This document shows, one piece after another, positions 10,462-20,525 of a DNA stretch of 64,000 nucleotides. The translations under genes and the position numbers were made by a program. Source of the DNA: Candidatus Omnitrophota bacterium (lineage in GTDB: Bacteria; Omnitrophota; Gorgyraeia; Zapsychrales; Zapsychraceae); the NCBI GenBank assembly GCA_015233115.1, contig JADFYJ010000001.1, positions 3,084-67,083 on the forward strand, read 5' to 3'. Within the stretch, counting starts at the first letter, position 1. Each line of letters begins with the position of its first letter. A model generated the notes under the pieces. That model ran no database searches. It saw only the letters and a program-made list of their open reading frames with translations, and was not told where the DNA came from.

Positions 10462-11370
10462 ATGAAAAAAGTCACATATATTTTTCCCGGTCAAGGCTCA
10501 CAAACTGTTGGAATGGGGAAAGAGCTTTATGATAATTCTCCCATAGCCAAACAAATTTTTGATCAGGCAGAAACAATTGTGCCTGGTTTACTTAAAGTCA
10601 TTTTCGAGGGCCCGGAAGAATTACTTACCTCGACGAAATTTTGTCAGCCAGCCATTGTCACTGTCAGCATTGCCGCTTTAAAAGCATTTGAAGCGGGAAA
10701 TATTGTCAAGGAAATGGAACCTGTTTTTGCTTGCGGTCATAGTTTAGGCGAAATCAGCGCGCTCGTTGCCTGTGGTGCTTTGGATTTTAAAAGTGCTTTG
10801 GAACTGGTCGTTAAACGTGCCGAGTGCATGCAAAAAGCAGTTGAAAAAAATCCCGGGAAAATGGCAGCAGTTATTGGCTTTGATAAATTAGCGCTGGTTG
10901 AGGTTTGCCGATCGACGGGAGCGGAGGTGGCAAATTTTAATTCATTAGATCAAATTGTCATCACTGGAAAATCCGAGGCAGTCGAAGCGGCTTGTAAAAT
11001 TATTGAAGAAAAAGGCGCGAAACGTGTGATCGTTTTGGCTGTTGCCGGAGGATTCCATTCCAGTTTAATGAAAACCGCAGGCGAAGAATTTGCCGGATTT
11101 GTTAATCAAGTGAATTTTACGGCGCCTCACATCGCGATTATTAGCAATGTGGATGCCGCTCCGACCAAAGACGCTGCAGTTATTAAACACAATCTTCCTC
11201 AACAAATCTATTCTTCGGTCCGCTGGGTCGAAACAGTTCAATACGTTCAACAGCAAGGCATTGATACTTTTATTGAATTCGGCACTGGAGCAGTTCTCAA
11301 GGGTCTTATCAAAAAAATCGACAAAGCATTGAACGTGATTAATGTTGGAACTTGCCAAGATACTTTATAA
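10462..11370 (+). CDS. fabD: malonyl CoA-ACP transacylase
   Basis: FPGQGSQ and GHSLGE active-site motifs; 302 aa. Confidence 0.9.
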   Translation: MKKVTYIFPGQGSQTVGMGKELYDNSPIAKQIFDQAETIVPGLLKVIFEGPEELLTSTKFCQPAIVTVSIAALKAFEAGNIVKEMEPVFACGHSLGEISALVACGALDFKSALELVVKRAECMQKAVEKNPGKMAAVIGFDKLALVEVCRSTGAEVANFNSLDQIVITGKSEAVEAACKIIEEKGAKRVIVLAVAGGFHSSLMKTAGEEFAGFVNQVNFTAPHIAIISNVDAAPTKDAAVIKHNLPQQIYSSVRWVETVQYVQQQGIDTFIEFGTGAVLKGLIKKIDKALNVINVGTCQDTL

Positions 11371-11443
11371 AAAATTCATAAGATTTTTGTTAATCCTGAA
11401 CGATAACCTTATATAATTAACTATTAAAGGATGGGTTAATTTT

Positions 11444-12847
11444 ATGTTATTGTATACAGGTTATATTTTTATCATTTTAAGCGGTATCCTGCTTATTTTT
11501 ATTTTTTTAAAACGTCGTCGTAAAAGTAATCAACTCAAAGCTAAAAGGCAGTATCAGGAAGTTCTGCGTAAAGCCTCTTTGGGTATGGGCCGCATCAAGG
11601 AACTGAAGCACTTATTGAAATTAACAGTTCACGTCGTAACCCGCGCGGTCAAGGTGGACTACTGCAGTGTGTATGTGTGGCATGAAGATTCAGGCCGTTT
11701 TGTCCTGCGTGCGGTGAAGAGCATAGACCCGCAAATTCAGTTTCAGAATGGGCTTCTGGCCGATTCATCATTAATTGAACACATCAAAGGCACGCATAAT
11801 CCGGTGTATATCGGCAGCAGTGAATTTAAGAAGCACGACGATTATGCGTTGAAATTAATCAAGGATTTGCAGTTGGTTCCCGCCGTCGCAGTTTTGCCGT
11901 GTTTTATTGATCAACAGCTTATCGCGGTCATTGGGTTGGGGAATAAACTTAACCGAACCAAATATTCTCATGATGATCTGATGATGTTTTCGATTCTGGC
12001 TAATCAAATTGGCCTGGCCATTGAAAACGCGCAATTTTATGAAAAGACCAGAATGATTCAGGAACAGCTAATCCGGGCGGAAAAAATGGCAACGATCGGG
12101 ACTATGGTGGACGGCATTTCGCATCAGATGAAAAACCGGCTGCATGCGATGGGCTTTATTACCGGAGACGCGTTGGATGTTCTAAGGACCAAGAAGTGGG
12201 GAGATACTCCGGTTGACATGAAAAATTTTATCGACGAAATGGAGTACTCTCTGGTTCGTTTGCAGGATAACATTAAACGCGGCGGAGAATTGACTGAAGG
12301 GCTATTAAAATATTCACGGAAAAATACGGAAAATTATGAGCACATTGAGTTAAAGAAATTATTGGAAACCTCACTCGAGATGTTGAAGTTTAAGATTAAG
12401 TTAGACACGGTTCAAATCCGGACGCTATGGCATGAAGCCAATCCTAAAATTTACGGGAATTACACGCAATTGCAGGAAGTTTTTTTTAATGTCATGGACA
12501 ATGCTTACGACGCGATGATGCAGCGCAAAAATTTTTTAAATGAAGAGGGATTCTCGCCTAAGATTGAGATTGAGACCTCTTTTAAAGATGAGGAGACGCA
12601 TATATTTTTCCGGGATAACGGGATGGGCGTACGCAAAGAACATGCCCGCCAATTATTTACTCCATTTTTTACGACGAAATTATCATCAAGTAAAAAAGGA
12701 ACCGGCTTGGGATTATTTGTCATCCGCCAAATCATTGAACGCAATCATAAAGGGCACGTTAATTTTTCTTCGATCTATTGCGCGGGGAGCGAGATGGAAA
12801 TTGTTTTGCCCGTGTCTTTTCCGTCGGAAATATTGCCGGGTGTATAA
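11444..12847 (+). CDS. sensor histidine kinase with GAF domain
   Basis: N-terminal TM, a GAF-like region, H-box (ISHQMKNRL) and HATPase_c N/G boxes (RDNGMGV, GTGLGL). Confidence 0.8.
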   Translation: MLLYTGYIFIILSGILLIFIFLKRRRKSNQLKAKRQYQEVLRKASLGMGRIKELKHLLKLTVHVVTRAVKVDYCSVYVWHEDSGRFVLRAVKSIDPQIQFQNGLLADSSLIEHIKGTHNPVYIGSSEFKKHDDYALKLIKDLQLVPAVAVLPCFIDQQLIAVIGLGNKLNRTKYSHDDLMMFSILANQIGLAIENAQFYEKTRMIQEQLIRAEKMATIGTMVDGISHQMKNRLHAMGFITGDALDVLRTKKWGDTPVDMKNFIDEMEYSLVRLQDNIKRGGELTEGLLKYSRKNTENYEHIELKKLLETSLEMLKFKIKLDTVQIRTLWHEANPKIYGNYTQLQEVFFNVMDNAYDAMMQRKNFLNEEGFSPKIEIETSFKDEETHIFFRDNGMGVRKEHARQLFTPFFTTKLSSSKKGTGLGLFVIRQIIERNHKGHVNFSSIYCAGSEMEIVLPVSFPSEILPGV

Positions 12848-13041
12848 AATATTAAATCTTTGTTGAGTTCATATTAGGTTTGTATACAATAAAAAATGGT
12901 GACTCGGGGGAGCCTACCGCATTATTAAAAACAGATTGTTTAAAAATCTTTCACCTATGTTATTTCTTCGTGGCTAATTCAGTAATGCTGTATTTGTGGG
13001 CATTTTGAAACAGTTCCAGAAATTTATTTGAGAAAATTAAG

Positions 13042-13401
13042 ATGGCTAAATTGTTAGTGGTAGATGATGAGAGTGATATTCGTGAATTTGCCAAGCGTTT
13101 TTTTGGACGCCGAGGTGTTGATGTGGTCACGGCCCATGATGGCCGTTCGGCTTTAGACGCGATTATTTCTCACCGGCCGGATTTGGTGATGCTGGATATT
13201 CAAATGGAAGGCATGGACGGGATCAGCGCTTTGGAAGAATTACGGACTTCCGGAGATCTGACCAAGGTTATCATGGTGACTGGAAATGAAAGCCCGGACA
13301 TTATTGAGGCAGCTAACCGGAATAATATACAGGCTTATATACATAAACCATTAGTTTTGGAAGAATTAGAAAAAGTAGTATTGCGTGAATTGAACCGTTA
13401 A
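13042..13401 (+). CDS. response regulator, receiver domain only (CheY-like)
   Basis: LLVVDDE..., phospho-acceptor D in VMLDIQMEGMDG, conserved T and K. Confidence 0.85.
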   Translation: MAKLLVVDDESDIREFAKRFFGRRGVDVVTAHDGRSALDAIISHRPDLVMLDIQMEGMDGISALEELRTSGDLTKVIMVTGNESPDIIEAANRNNIQAYIHKPLVLEELEKVVLRELNR

Positions 13402-13402
13402 T

Positions 13403-14602
13403 ATGACGAGTTTAAAGATCGATTTTAAAAAAGAGCTTGAATCCGCCAGCAAGGGTATGATCATGATCCATGACCCGAAGTTGCTGATCAAGCTGATCAT
13501 CCGTATGATTGTGCGGAAATTGGGTGTGCGGCATGCGGCCATGGTTCTGCATGATTTAGAACGCGATACTTACGTGTTAAGTATATCTCGGGGCGAAACC
13601 GGCGTAAAAATTCCCACCGGGTTTACCCGATTTGACCACGACAGCCCACTCATCAAACTTTTTAACTGCAAAGAATATCAGCATTTAACCATTGACCGTA
13701 ATGCTATTGTTTCCGACGATATAAGTCGATTGATTTGGCGCGAATCGGTTTTGCCGAATGGCGGGGCATCAAATGGCGATGTCCAAAAGTTGCTTTACGA
13801 TGTTTACGATCAAATGGAAATGTTTAATACGGTGGCTTGCGTGCCAGCATATCACCGGCATAAATTGATGGCTGTTTTGCTCTTGGGTGAAAAATATGAT
13901 AACACGAAATTTGAACAGGAAGAATTGGATTTTTTTGCGGCTTTAGCATCTGACGCGGCTATGGCCATTCGCAATGCTCAATTGTTTAATCATTTAAAAA
14001 GAGAAGCAGACCGCAACCACCAACAATATTTACAAACGATTATGGTACTAACTCACTTAATTGAAGATAAGGATGCTTATACGCGCGGACATTCTGACCG
14101 CGTCACCGAGTACGCCTTAAAAATTTCTGATAGTTTGATGCACAAAGATACGTTAAAATTTTCTAAAAAATTCCGCGAAACTTTGCGTATTTCCGGGCTA
14201 TTGCATGACATCGGCAAAATTGGTATCCCTGAAGCGATCCTCAATAAAAACGGAAAATTAACAGATGAGGAATATGAGATTATTAAGGGCCATCCTACCC
14301 GCGGCGTTATGTCGCTTCAGCCTTTGGGGTTGGAAGAAGAGTGCGTGAAAGGTATTTTGCATCATCATGAACGTTATGATGGTCGGGGATATCCTACCAA
14401 GTTGGCGGGTGAGAATATACCCATGATCGCCGCCATTATCGCGGTTGCCGACAGTTATGATGCTATGACGTCTGACCGCCCTTACCGTAAAGGTCTTCCT
14501 CAGGAGACAGCCATTCAGGAGATTCGCAAAAATTTAGGATCACAGTTTAATCCCATTGCTGCCCAGGCGATGATTGAATTGTATGAAAAGGGCAAATTAT
14601 AA
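13403..14602 (+). CDS. GAF + HD-GYP domain protein (putative c-di-GMP phosphodiesterase)
   Basis: HD motif (HSDRV...LHDIGKIGIPE) and HHERYDGRGYP (HD-GYP signature) after a GAF-like N-terminal domain. Confidence 0.85.
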   Translation: MTSLKIDFKKELESASKGMIMIHDPKLLIKLIIRMIVRKLGVRHAAMVLHDLERDTYVLSISRGETGVKIPTGFTRFDHDSPLIKLFNCKEYQHLTIDRNAIVSDDISRLIWRESVLPNGGASNGDVQKLLYDVYDQMEMFNTVACVPAYHRHKLMAVLLLGEKYDNTKFEQEELDFFAALASDAAMAIRNAQLFNHLKREADRNHQQYLQTIMVLTHLIEDKDAYTRGHSDRVTEYALKISDSLMHKDTLKFSKKFRETLRISGLLHDIGKIGIPEAILNKNGKLTDEEYEIIKGHPTRGVMSLQPLGLEEECVKGILHHHERYDGRGYPTKLAGENIPMIAAIIAVADSYDAMTSDRPYRKGLPQETAIQEIRKNLGSQFNPIAAQAMIELYEKGKL

Positions 14603-14613
14603 ATATTTCATAG

Positions 14614-14734
14614 CGCGCGGTAGGGCGGTTAGCATTTAAACCAAATCCTTCGCTCAAACAACCTTGGCGAAGCGCCAAGGAAACTCGCGCGGGGATTCGG
14701 TTTTAACGCCAACCTTGAGTTGGGGCACGCGGTT
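14614..14734 (+). repeat. ~120-nt structured intergenic element, family R1, copy 1 (variant central hairpin)
   Basis: gcgcgcggtagggcgg...tttaaaccaaatccttcgctcaaa-[ccttggcgaagcgccaagg]-...ggattcggttttaacgcc...ggcacgcggtt; the central stem differs from other copies but stays self-complementary. Confidence 0.8.
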
Positions 14735-14779
14735 ATTGGTTTGATTAGATTTTTCTTATTGCGTAGTTATAACTGCGAT

Positions 14780-15136
14780 TTACAAATCGTTTTTTATAAT
14801 CTGCAGGATTTTGGTTTCATTAACGGGTTTAATCAGAGGGATAGTTTTTAGTTCCGCAACTTCTGTCTGCTGTCTGTGCTCAATCAAAGTAATAATTTTC
14901 AGCCCCGGCCGTTTTGTTCGTATATTTAAAATGTCGTCTTTAATTGGGTCAATGGTTTCGAGGGTGCTCAGATCTAAAATTAACATGGAAATTTTTGCGT
15001 CATGTTCCAGGCAGTCAAAGACCTGCAGTGTGCTGTCCGTCAAAATTAATTCATGGCGTTGAAACAATAAGCGATGAAATAGTTCTAGCGTCTTTTTGTT
15101 ACTGGAGAAAATAAGCGCGCGGGGAAATTGGTTCAT
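14780..15136 (-). CDS. receiver-like (CheY-fold) protein, possibly atypical
   Basis: 118 aa; receiver-like layout with candidate acceptor Asp in LILDLS and a conserved Lys region, but the N-terminal acidic pair is not obvious. Confidence 0.5.
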   Translation of the reverse strand: MNQFPRALIFSSNKKTLELFHRLLFQRHELILTDSTLQVFDCLEHDAKISMLILDLSTLETIDPIKDDILNIRTKRPGLKIITLIEHRQQTEVAELKTIPLIKPVNETKILQIIKNDL

Positions 15137-15675
15137 AAGGTTGACGGAGTCATAACGGAAATATATTTAGCGAGTATTGAACCGTTATTTTTTATGACAT
15201 GTTCTTTAGTGGCGTCAAGATGGATGGAATGATTCTTGGGTAGACGGATTGGCTCCCCATCAATGAGAATTTCGATCTCACCGGACAAGACAAAAATAAA
15301 TTTTTCTGAACCAATAGATCCTTTTTCTTTATCAGTATGCCCTTTAGGCTGTAGTTGCACCAGTAGGGGGAGAAGGCGTCGATTGGAAACGCTTTGTGAT
15401 AAAATTTGAAAGCTAAGTTTAGGATTGGCAGCTAAAGCCGCGGCATGCGCCTGGATTTTTTTTTCTTCGTCTTCTCGTAACGCGGCTTGATATAGATCTG
15501 TTAGCGGAACTTGGAGCGAATTGGCAATGTGTAAATGAGAATCAACCGTGCCTTGCATTTTGCAGTTTTCCATGCGGCTTAAGGTGGCGACTTGTACGCC
15601 GCTTTTCTGGGATAATTCAACCAGGGTCATATTCTGGGCTTCACGAATTTCTTTAATTTTTTTACCGACAAACAT
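15133..15675 (-). CDS. XRE-family HTH + cupin-domain transcriptional regulator
   Basis: HTH_3 (IKEIREAQNMTLVELSQKSGVQVATLSRMEN) then a cupin beta-barrel; start moved to the internal ATG at 15675, which has an AAAGGA RBS (the ORF-track start at 15735 gives a 20-aa leader). Confidence 0.75.
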   Translation of the reverse strand: MFVGKKIKEIREAQNMTLVELSQKSGVQVATLSRMENCKMQGTVDSHLHIANSLQVPLTDLYQAALREDEEKKIQAHAAALAANPKLSFQILSQSVSNRRLLPLLVQLQPKGHTDKEKGSIGSEKFIFVLSGEIEILIDGEPIRLPKNHSIHLDATKEHVIKNNGSILAKYISVMTPSTL

Positions 15676-16146
15676 AGCTGTCCTTTCGTAATTATTGAAT
15701 AATATTTTAACAAAAATTGCGGAATAATCAAACATTTTCTTGTTTTGATTTAATGCGAATAACTATTTAATCAAATAATTTGACAAAAAGACAAATTAAT
15801 GTTATATTTTGAACATCAGCAAAAGTCGTTTTGATAATTTGTATTCCGGGTGCGCGGTAACTAAGGTAAACTAGGGAATTATCTTAGGGGGTTGTGAGGG
15901 AAAGCGAGAACGCTGCGCTCCCGGAATATTAAATAAAATGGTTTATGGTTAATGGTTTTGGAATTTGAAGTATTAATTTTTAAAAGTATTGGTTTTTAAT
16001 TAATAATAAAAAAAAATTTGTCGCGGCCATTTTAGGACCTGAAAACTTCCCATCATTATAATAAATATTAAAGTTGTTTTGATTTTTTCTACCTCTCATG
16101 TTACATTATCTAATCATTAACATAATATTCGTATTCTAGGCGCGCT

Positions 16147-16185
16147 AACAACCAAAAACCATCAACCAAAAATCAACAATATCAC
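16147..16185. repeat. CAAC-heptad array
   Basis: aacaaccaaaaaccatcaaccaaaaatcaacaat immediately upstream of the 16190 CDS. Confidence 0.55.
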
Positions 16186-16189
16186 AATT

Positions 16190-16630
16190 ATGCTGAATTC
16201 GTTTTTAAATTTTTTTAAACATAAAAAAAATCATTATTGGTCAACGAAAAAAATTTTAATTGTGGATGATAATTTTTTGGACCGTAAAGTGCTTTGCGGT
16301 ATTGTTAAACGCGAAGGTCATGAATGTATTCAGGCTGAAGGCGGAGTACAAGCCTTGGCTATGGCCAAAGAATATCGTCCGGATTTAATTTTATTGGATT
16401 GTGATATGCCGGATATGCAAGGTTTGGAGGTCTGTAAAAAAATTAAAGAGATCTCTGGCATTAAAGAATGTCCAATTGTTTTTGTGACCAGCAATGTGAC
16501 TCCCAAAAATGTTATTGATTGTTTTGAAGCGGACGCGGCCAGTTACCTTTCTAAACCAGTTTCCGCTAAGGTATTGATCTCGCAAATGAGAGAATTACTT
16601 CATAAAAATGACAAAATGGAAGAATTATAA
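16190..16630 (+). CDS. response regulator receiver protein
   Basis: KILIVDDN, acceptor D in ILLDCDMPDMQG, T/K residues; 146 aa. Confidence 0.8.
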   Translation: MLNSFLNFFKHKKNHYWSTKKILIVDDNFLDRKVLCGIVKREGHECIQAEGGVQALAMAKEYRPDLILLDCDMPDMQGLEVCKKIKEISGIKECPIVFVTSNVTPKNVIDCFEADAASYLSKPVSAKVLISQMRELLHKNDKMEEL

Positions 16631-16642
16631 TAAGGAAGGCCT

Positions 16643-17920
16643 ATGTTTGATATTAAATTGATCCGTGAAAACAAAGAGTCCGTTGCTGAACGATTAAAGG
16701 CCAAGAATGCCAAGGTTGACATCAACGCGATTGTGGAAAAAGACGAGGCTCGACGACAATTTACTCTTGAACTCGATGAACTGCGTAATCTAAAGAATTT
16801 AGCGAATGATGAAGTTTCCAAATGTTTAAAAGAAAAGACGGATCCTAAGGAAAAAATCGCGGCTATGAAAGTTTGTTCTTCCCGCATTGCTGAGTTAGAA
16901 CCTCAAGTTAAAGCTTTGCAGAATGAATTGGATGATATACTTTTAAATATTCCTAATTTACCGCATGCGTCGGTTCCGGTTGGAGGGGCAGATAAAAATA
17001 CAGTCGTCCGGACCTGGGGATCGCCCCGGAAATTTGATTTTAAACCAAAAGATCACGTTGAAATCGCTGAAGCCCTGGACATTATTGACTTTAAAAGGTC
17101 CGCGAAATTATCCGGCTCAAATTTTATTCTGTTTAAACGGGATGGGGCCAGGCTGGAGAGAGCCTTATTTAATTTTATGCTGGATCTTCATACCCGGGAA
17201 CATGGGTATACGGAAATTTTTCCGCCTTTCTTGGTCAATAGCGCGACAATGACCGGAACAGGCCAATTGCCGAAGATGGCGGACGATATGTATAAAGTGG
17301 AAGGCGAAGATCTTTATTTAATCCCCACAGCCGAAGTTCCGGTGACGAATATTTTTAGAGATGAAATTATACCGGAAGAACAATTGCCGATTTATTATGC
17401 CGCTTACACCGCGTGTTTTAGAAAAGAAGCTGGTTCATACGGTAAAGATACCAAGGGTATGGTGCGGGTTCATCAGTTTGATAAGGTAGAATTGGTGAAA
17501 TTCGTCCGACCAGAGACATCATATGCCGAACATGAAAAATTAGTCGCTAACGCGGAAAAAGTTTTTCAATTATTGAATATTCCTTACCATGTGCTTTTAT
17601 TAGCCAGCGGAGATATGAGTTTCGCCGCAGCTAAATGTTATGATATTGAGGCTCATGCGCCGGGATCAGATCGTTGGTTAGAGGTGTCCAGTTGTTCCAA
17701 TTTTGAAGATTTCCAGGCTCGTCGCGCGAATATTCGTTTTAAGGGAAAAAATACTCCCAAAACTTCGTTAGTTCATACGTTGAATGGTTCAGGCGTAGCG
17801 TTAGCCAGGACGGTCGTTGCCATTTTAGAAAATTATCAAACCCCCGAAGGTGACGTGATCATTCCAGACGTAATTCGTCCGTATATGGGTGGACAGATAA
17901 AAATTGAAGGACGAAGATAG
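16643..17920 (+). CDS. serS: seryl-tRNA synthetase
   Basis: MFDIKLIREN start, N-terminal coiled coil, class II motifs (FRKEAGS..., GSGVALARTV). Confidence 0.95.
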   Translation: MFDIKLIRENKESVAERLKAKNAKVDINAIVEKDEARRQFTLELDELRNLKNLANDEVSKCLKEKTDPKEKIAAMKVCSSRIAELEPQVKALQNELDDILLNIPNLPHASVPVGGADKNTVVRTWGSPRKFDFKPKDHVEIAEALDIIDFKRSAKLSGSNFILFKRDGARLERALFNFMLDLHTREHGYTEIFPPFLVNSATMTGTGQLPKMADDMYKVEGEDLYLIPTAEVPVTNIFRDEIIPEEQLPIYYAAYTACFRKEAGSYGKDTKGMVRVHQFDKVELVKFVRPETSYAEHEKLVANAEKVFQLLNIPYHVLLLASGDMSFAAAKCYDIEAHAPGSDRWLEVSSCSNFEDFQARRANIRFKGKNTPKTSLVHTLNGSGVALARTVVAILENYQTPEGDVIIPDVIRPYMGGQIKIEGRR

Positions 17921-17924
17921 CTGA

Positions 17925-17990
17925 AAGTTTAGTTTTTTGTTTTTTCATTGTTACATTGTTACACTGTCACATTGTTACAATTAAAATTTA
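17925..17990. repeat. GTNAC octamer array
   Basis: cattgttacattgttacactgtcacattgttacaa, 8-bp period, ends ~15 nt before an AGGAGG RBS. Confidence 0.65.
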
Positions 17991-17999
17991 GGAGGCCTT

Positions 18000-18593
18000 A
18001 TGTGGGATCTTTTTAAATTTATTCTTTTTGTGCTTTTGATTCCGTTCGTGGGCGCGGCGGTGGTAAATTTTTATGATCATTTAGCTGTGTTGCCAAATGG
18101 ATTTCAACATGAATTAATTTTAGGCGCTTATATTTTTGCCTTGGTTTTTATCTTTCTTCATAAATTGGAACCGATCTATGAATTTGGGCAAAATATTGTG
18201 CTCAAATGTTTCCAATTCGCGTCGCCAGTGAATAAAGCCATATCATGTTTTTTTCCTTTTTATACGTTTTTGATTTGTATTGCTTTTGTGGTTTTGAATA
18301 GATTTTTTAAAAATGAAAATTTTAACGCTATCGGATTTTATATATTTGGGTTTACTTTGTTGATGCATGTTGTTTTAACGGCTCAGCAAGTGCAAAATGG
18401 AGAGAAGCCTATTTGGAAGCCTAATTATTATTTTTCCATGTCTTGTTATTTGATCACTCTGACCTTGGTATGCGCTCTTTTTTTGGATTTAATACTGCTT
18501 AAATTTCAATTTCCTTCATTTCTTACCCACCTTTACTTGTTAACCAAAAAATATTACATCTGGACGGTAAAAAAGATTTTATTGCTAAAATAA
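18000..18593 (+). CDS. integral membrane protein (197 aa)
   Basis: 5-6 hydrophobic segments; no family recognised. Confidence 0.5.
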   Translation: MWDLFKFILFVLLIPFVGAAVVNFYDHLAVLPNGFQHELILGAYIFALVFIFLHKLEPIYEFGQNIVLKCFQFASPVNKAISCFFPFYTFLICIAFVVLNRFFKNENFNAIGFYIFGFTLLMHVVLTAQQVQNGEKPIWKPNYYFSMSCYLITLTLVCALFLDLILLKFQFPSFLTHLYLLTKKYYIWTVKKILLLK

Positions 18594-18688
18594 TTATTTT
18601 TTTGTGATTTTTTTATAATTCTTTCTTGACATTTATTTTTAAAACCTATATAACATGTAGGTTTACTACCGGGACACGTGGAAAAATT

Positions 18689-19090
18689 ATGAAACTGACA
18701 ACTCAAAGTGAATACTCATTGTTAGCGCTTTTGTACCTTGCTCGTCATGGCAAGGACAAATATATTCCATTGGCGGATATCGCGAAAGATCAGGAATTGC
18801 CTTTTAAATATTTAGAACATTTGATGCGCACGTTGATACGGGCTGGCATCGTGAGAGGGTTAAAAGGCCAGCATGGCGGTTACCAACTCGCGCATAAGCC
18901 GGAAGAAATAAGCATCGCGCAGATTATTCGTCTTTTGGATGGGGCTTTAGCTCCGATCGGGTCTGTCAGCCGTTATTTTTATAAACCGTCTTTAATTGAA
19001 AAAGAAAAAAAATTAAGCAAAGTGATGCAAGATATTAGAGATTATGTTTCTTCTAAATTAGAGGCACTTACATTAAAAGATCTGATTTAA
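18689..19090 (+). CDS. Rrf2-family transcriptional regulator (IscR/CymR-like)
   Basis: MKLTTQSEYSLLALLYLARHG is the canonical Rrf2 wHTH start; start moved to the internal ATG at 18689. Confidence 0.8.
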   Translation: MKLTTQSEYSLLALLYLARHGKDKYIPLADIAKDQELPFKYLEHLMRTLIRAGIVRGLKGQHGGYQLAHKPEEISIAQIIRLLDGALAPIGSVSRYFYKPSLIEKEKKLSKVMQDIRDYVSSKLEALTLKDLI

Positions 19091-19118
19091 TCGTTGGGAC
19101 ATCGAAAGGATAATACCA

Positions 19119-20480
19119 ATGAAGTCTTTTGGTTATGTATTGCTGGTCGCGGTTATATTAACCGGTGGAGTCAAGCAAGTGTGGGCGGATAATGTGGCTT
19201 CTATGGAGGAACGGTTGCAAGCGTTGGAACAGGAAGTCGCGATTTTAAAACGTCAGATTGAAATTGATAAAGAAGAATCATCGAAAAAACTAGAAACTGT
19301 ACCCATTGTTACTGTCGGCATTAAAGATGGTTTACAAATCAAAACGCCGGACGAGAGCTATAAGTTGAAAATCGGCGGTTATGTACAGGCAGATGCCAGG
19401 TTTTTTGCGAATAACGGGAATACAAAAGAATTGTTGGGGACAACAGATACATTTTACGCGCGGACTGTCCGTTTAGTGTTTCAAGGAACTGTATCCAAAT
19501 ATTTTGATTTTTATATCGCTCCGGAGTTTGGTTCGAGCACGATTTCTTTACCGGATGCTTACGCGGAATGGAGAATTAACCCGGCATTTAAGATTCGCGG
19601 CGGAAAATTTAAAGCTCCTTTTGGATATGATAGATTAGAATCGACACCGGCATTAATTTTCGCGGAACCGGCTTTGGTAGAGAATTTAGCGCCTAATCGG
19701 GATCTGGGATTTCAGCTTTCAGGTGATTTGTGGAAAAGCACGTTGAGTTATGCTTTGGCAGTAACCAATGGCGTGCAGGATGCCGGCGGCACGAGTACGG
19801 TCAAGGATACCAATAATGGAAAAGAAATTGGGGGCAGGATTGTTGTTCAGCCTTTTAGCAATACTGACTTGCTGTCTTTACGTAAATTGGGTGTGGCCGG
19901 AGCATTCAGTTACGGGCATAAGGAAGAAACTTTATCTGCCAGCCCGGCTTATGTCACAGCCGGACAATCAACTTTTTATTCTTTAACCGGCACAGCCAGC
20001 GGAGCACAAAGCCGGTATTCTCCGCAGATATTTTATTATTTTAATTCTTTAGGGTTTTGGAGTGAATACATGTCGTCGCAAGAGCAATTAGTGAAGACAA
20101 CTAAGAAACAGAAGATCAGAAATGATGGCTGGCAGGTCGCGGCGTCATATGTTTTAACTGGTGAAGACGCGTCTTACAAAGGCGTCACACCTAAACATCC
20201 TTTTGATTTGTCCAAGGGCCAATGGGGTGCTTTTGAAATCGCTGGACGATATAGCTCGCTGGATATTGATAACAAAGTGTTTGATTCTAATCTGACTAGT
20301 ACGTTGATTACGACCTCAGCTGCGGCAGCGGGTGCTTGGACTGCGGGATTAAATTGGTATATCAATAATAATGTCAAATTTGTGTTAAATTATGAACAAA
20401 CCAAATTCAAAGGTGGAGCAGTTAATGGGAGCCGTCTGACTGAAAATTTAATTCTCAGTAGATTACAATTAGCTTTTTGA
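19119..20480 (+). CDS. outer-membrane porin, phosphate-selective porin O/P family, with N-terminal coiled coil
   Basis: signal peptide, coiled-coil stretch, beta-rich body ending in an aromatic C-terminal residue (F); sits upstream of the sulfate ABC transporter. Confidence 0.6.
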   Translation: MKSFGYVLLVAVILTGGVKQVWADNVASMEERLQALEQEVAILKRQIEIDKEESSKKLETVPIVTVGIKDGLQIKTPDESYKLKIGGYVQADARFFANNGNTKELLGTTDTFYARTVRLVFQGTVSKYFDFYIAPEFGSSTISLPDAYAEWRINPAFKIRGGKFKAPFGYDRLESTPALIFAEPALVENLAPNRDLGFQLSGDLWKSTLSYALAVTNGVQDAGGTSTVKDTNNGKEIGGRIVVQPFSNTDLLSLRKLGVAGAFSYGHKEETLSASPAYVTAGQSTFYSLTGTASGAQSRYSPQIFYYFNSLGFWSEYMSSQEQLVKTTKKQKIRNDGWQVAASYVLTGEDASYKGVTPKHPFDLSKGQWGAFEIAGRYSSLDIDNKVFDSNLTSTLITTSAAAAGAWTAGLNWYINNNVKFVLNYEQTKFKGGAVNGSRLTENLILSRLQLAF

Positions 20481-20525
20481 GAATTGTGACATATAAGAAT
20501 TTTTAACTATGAAAAGGGAGAAGAT

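Noticed and set aside
14614-14734. R1 elements as tRNA or tmRNA-like genes
   Set aside because: No cloverleaf, no CCA/T-loop GTTCRA motif, and no anticodon-arm geometry. They are treated as structured repeats instead.
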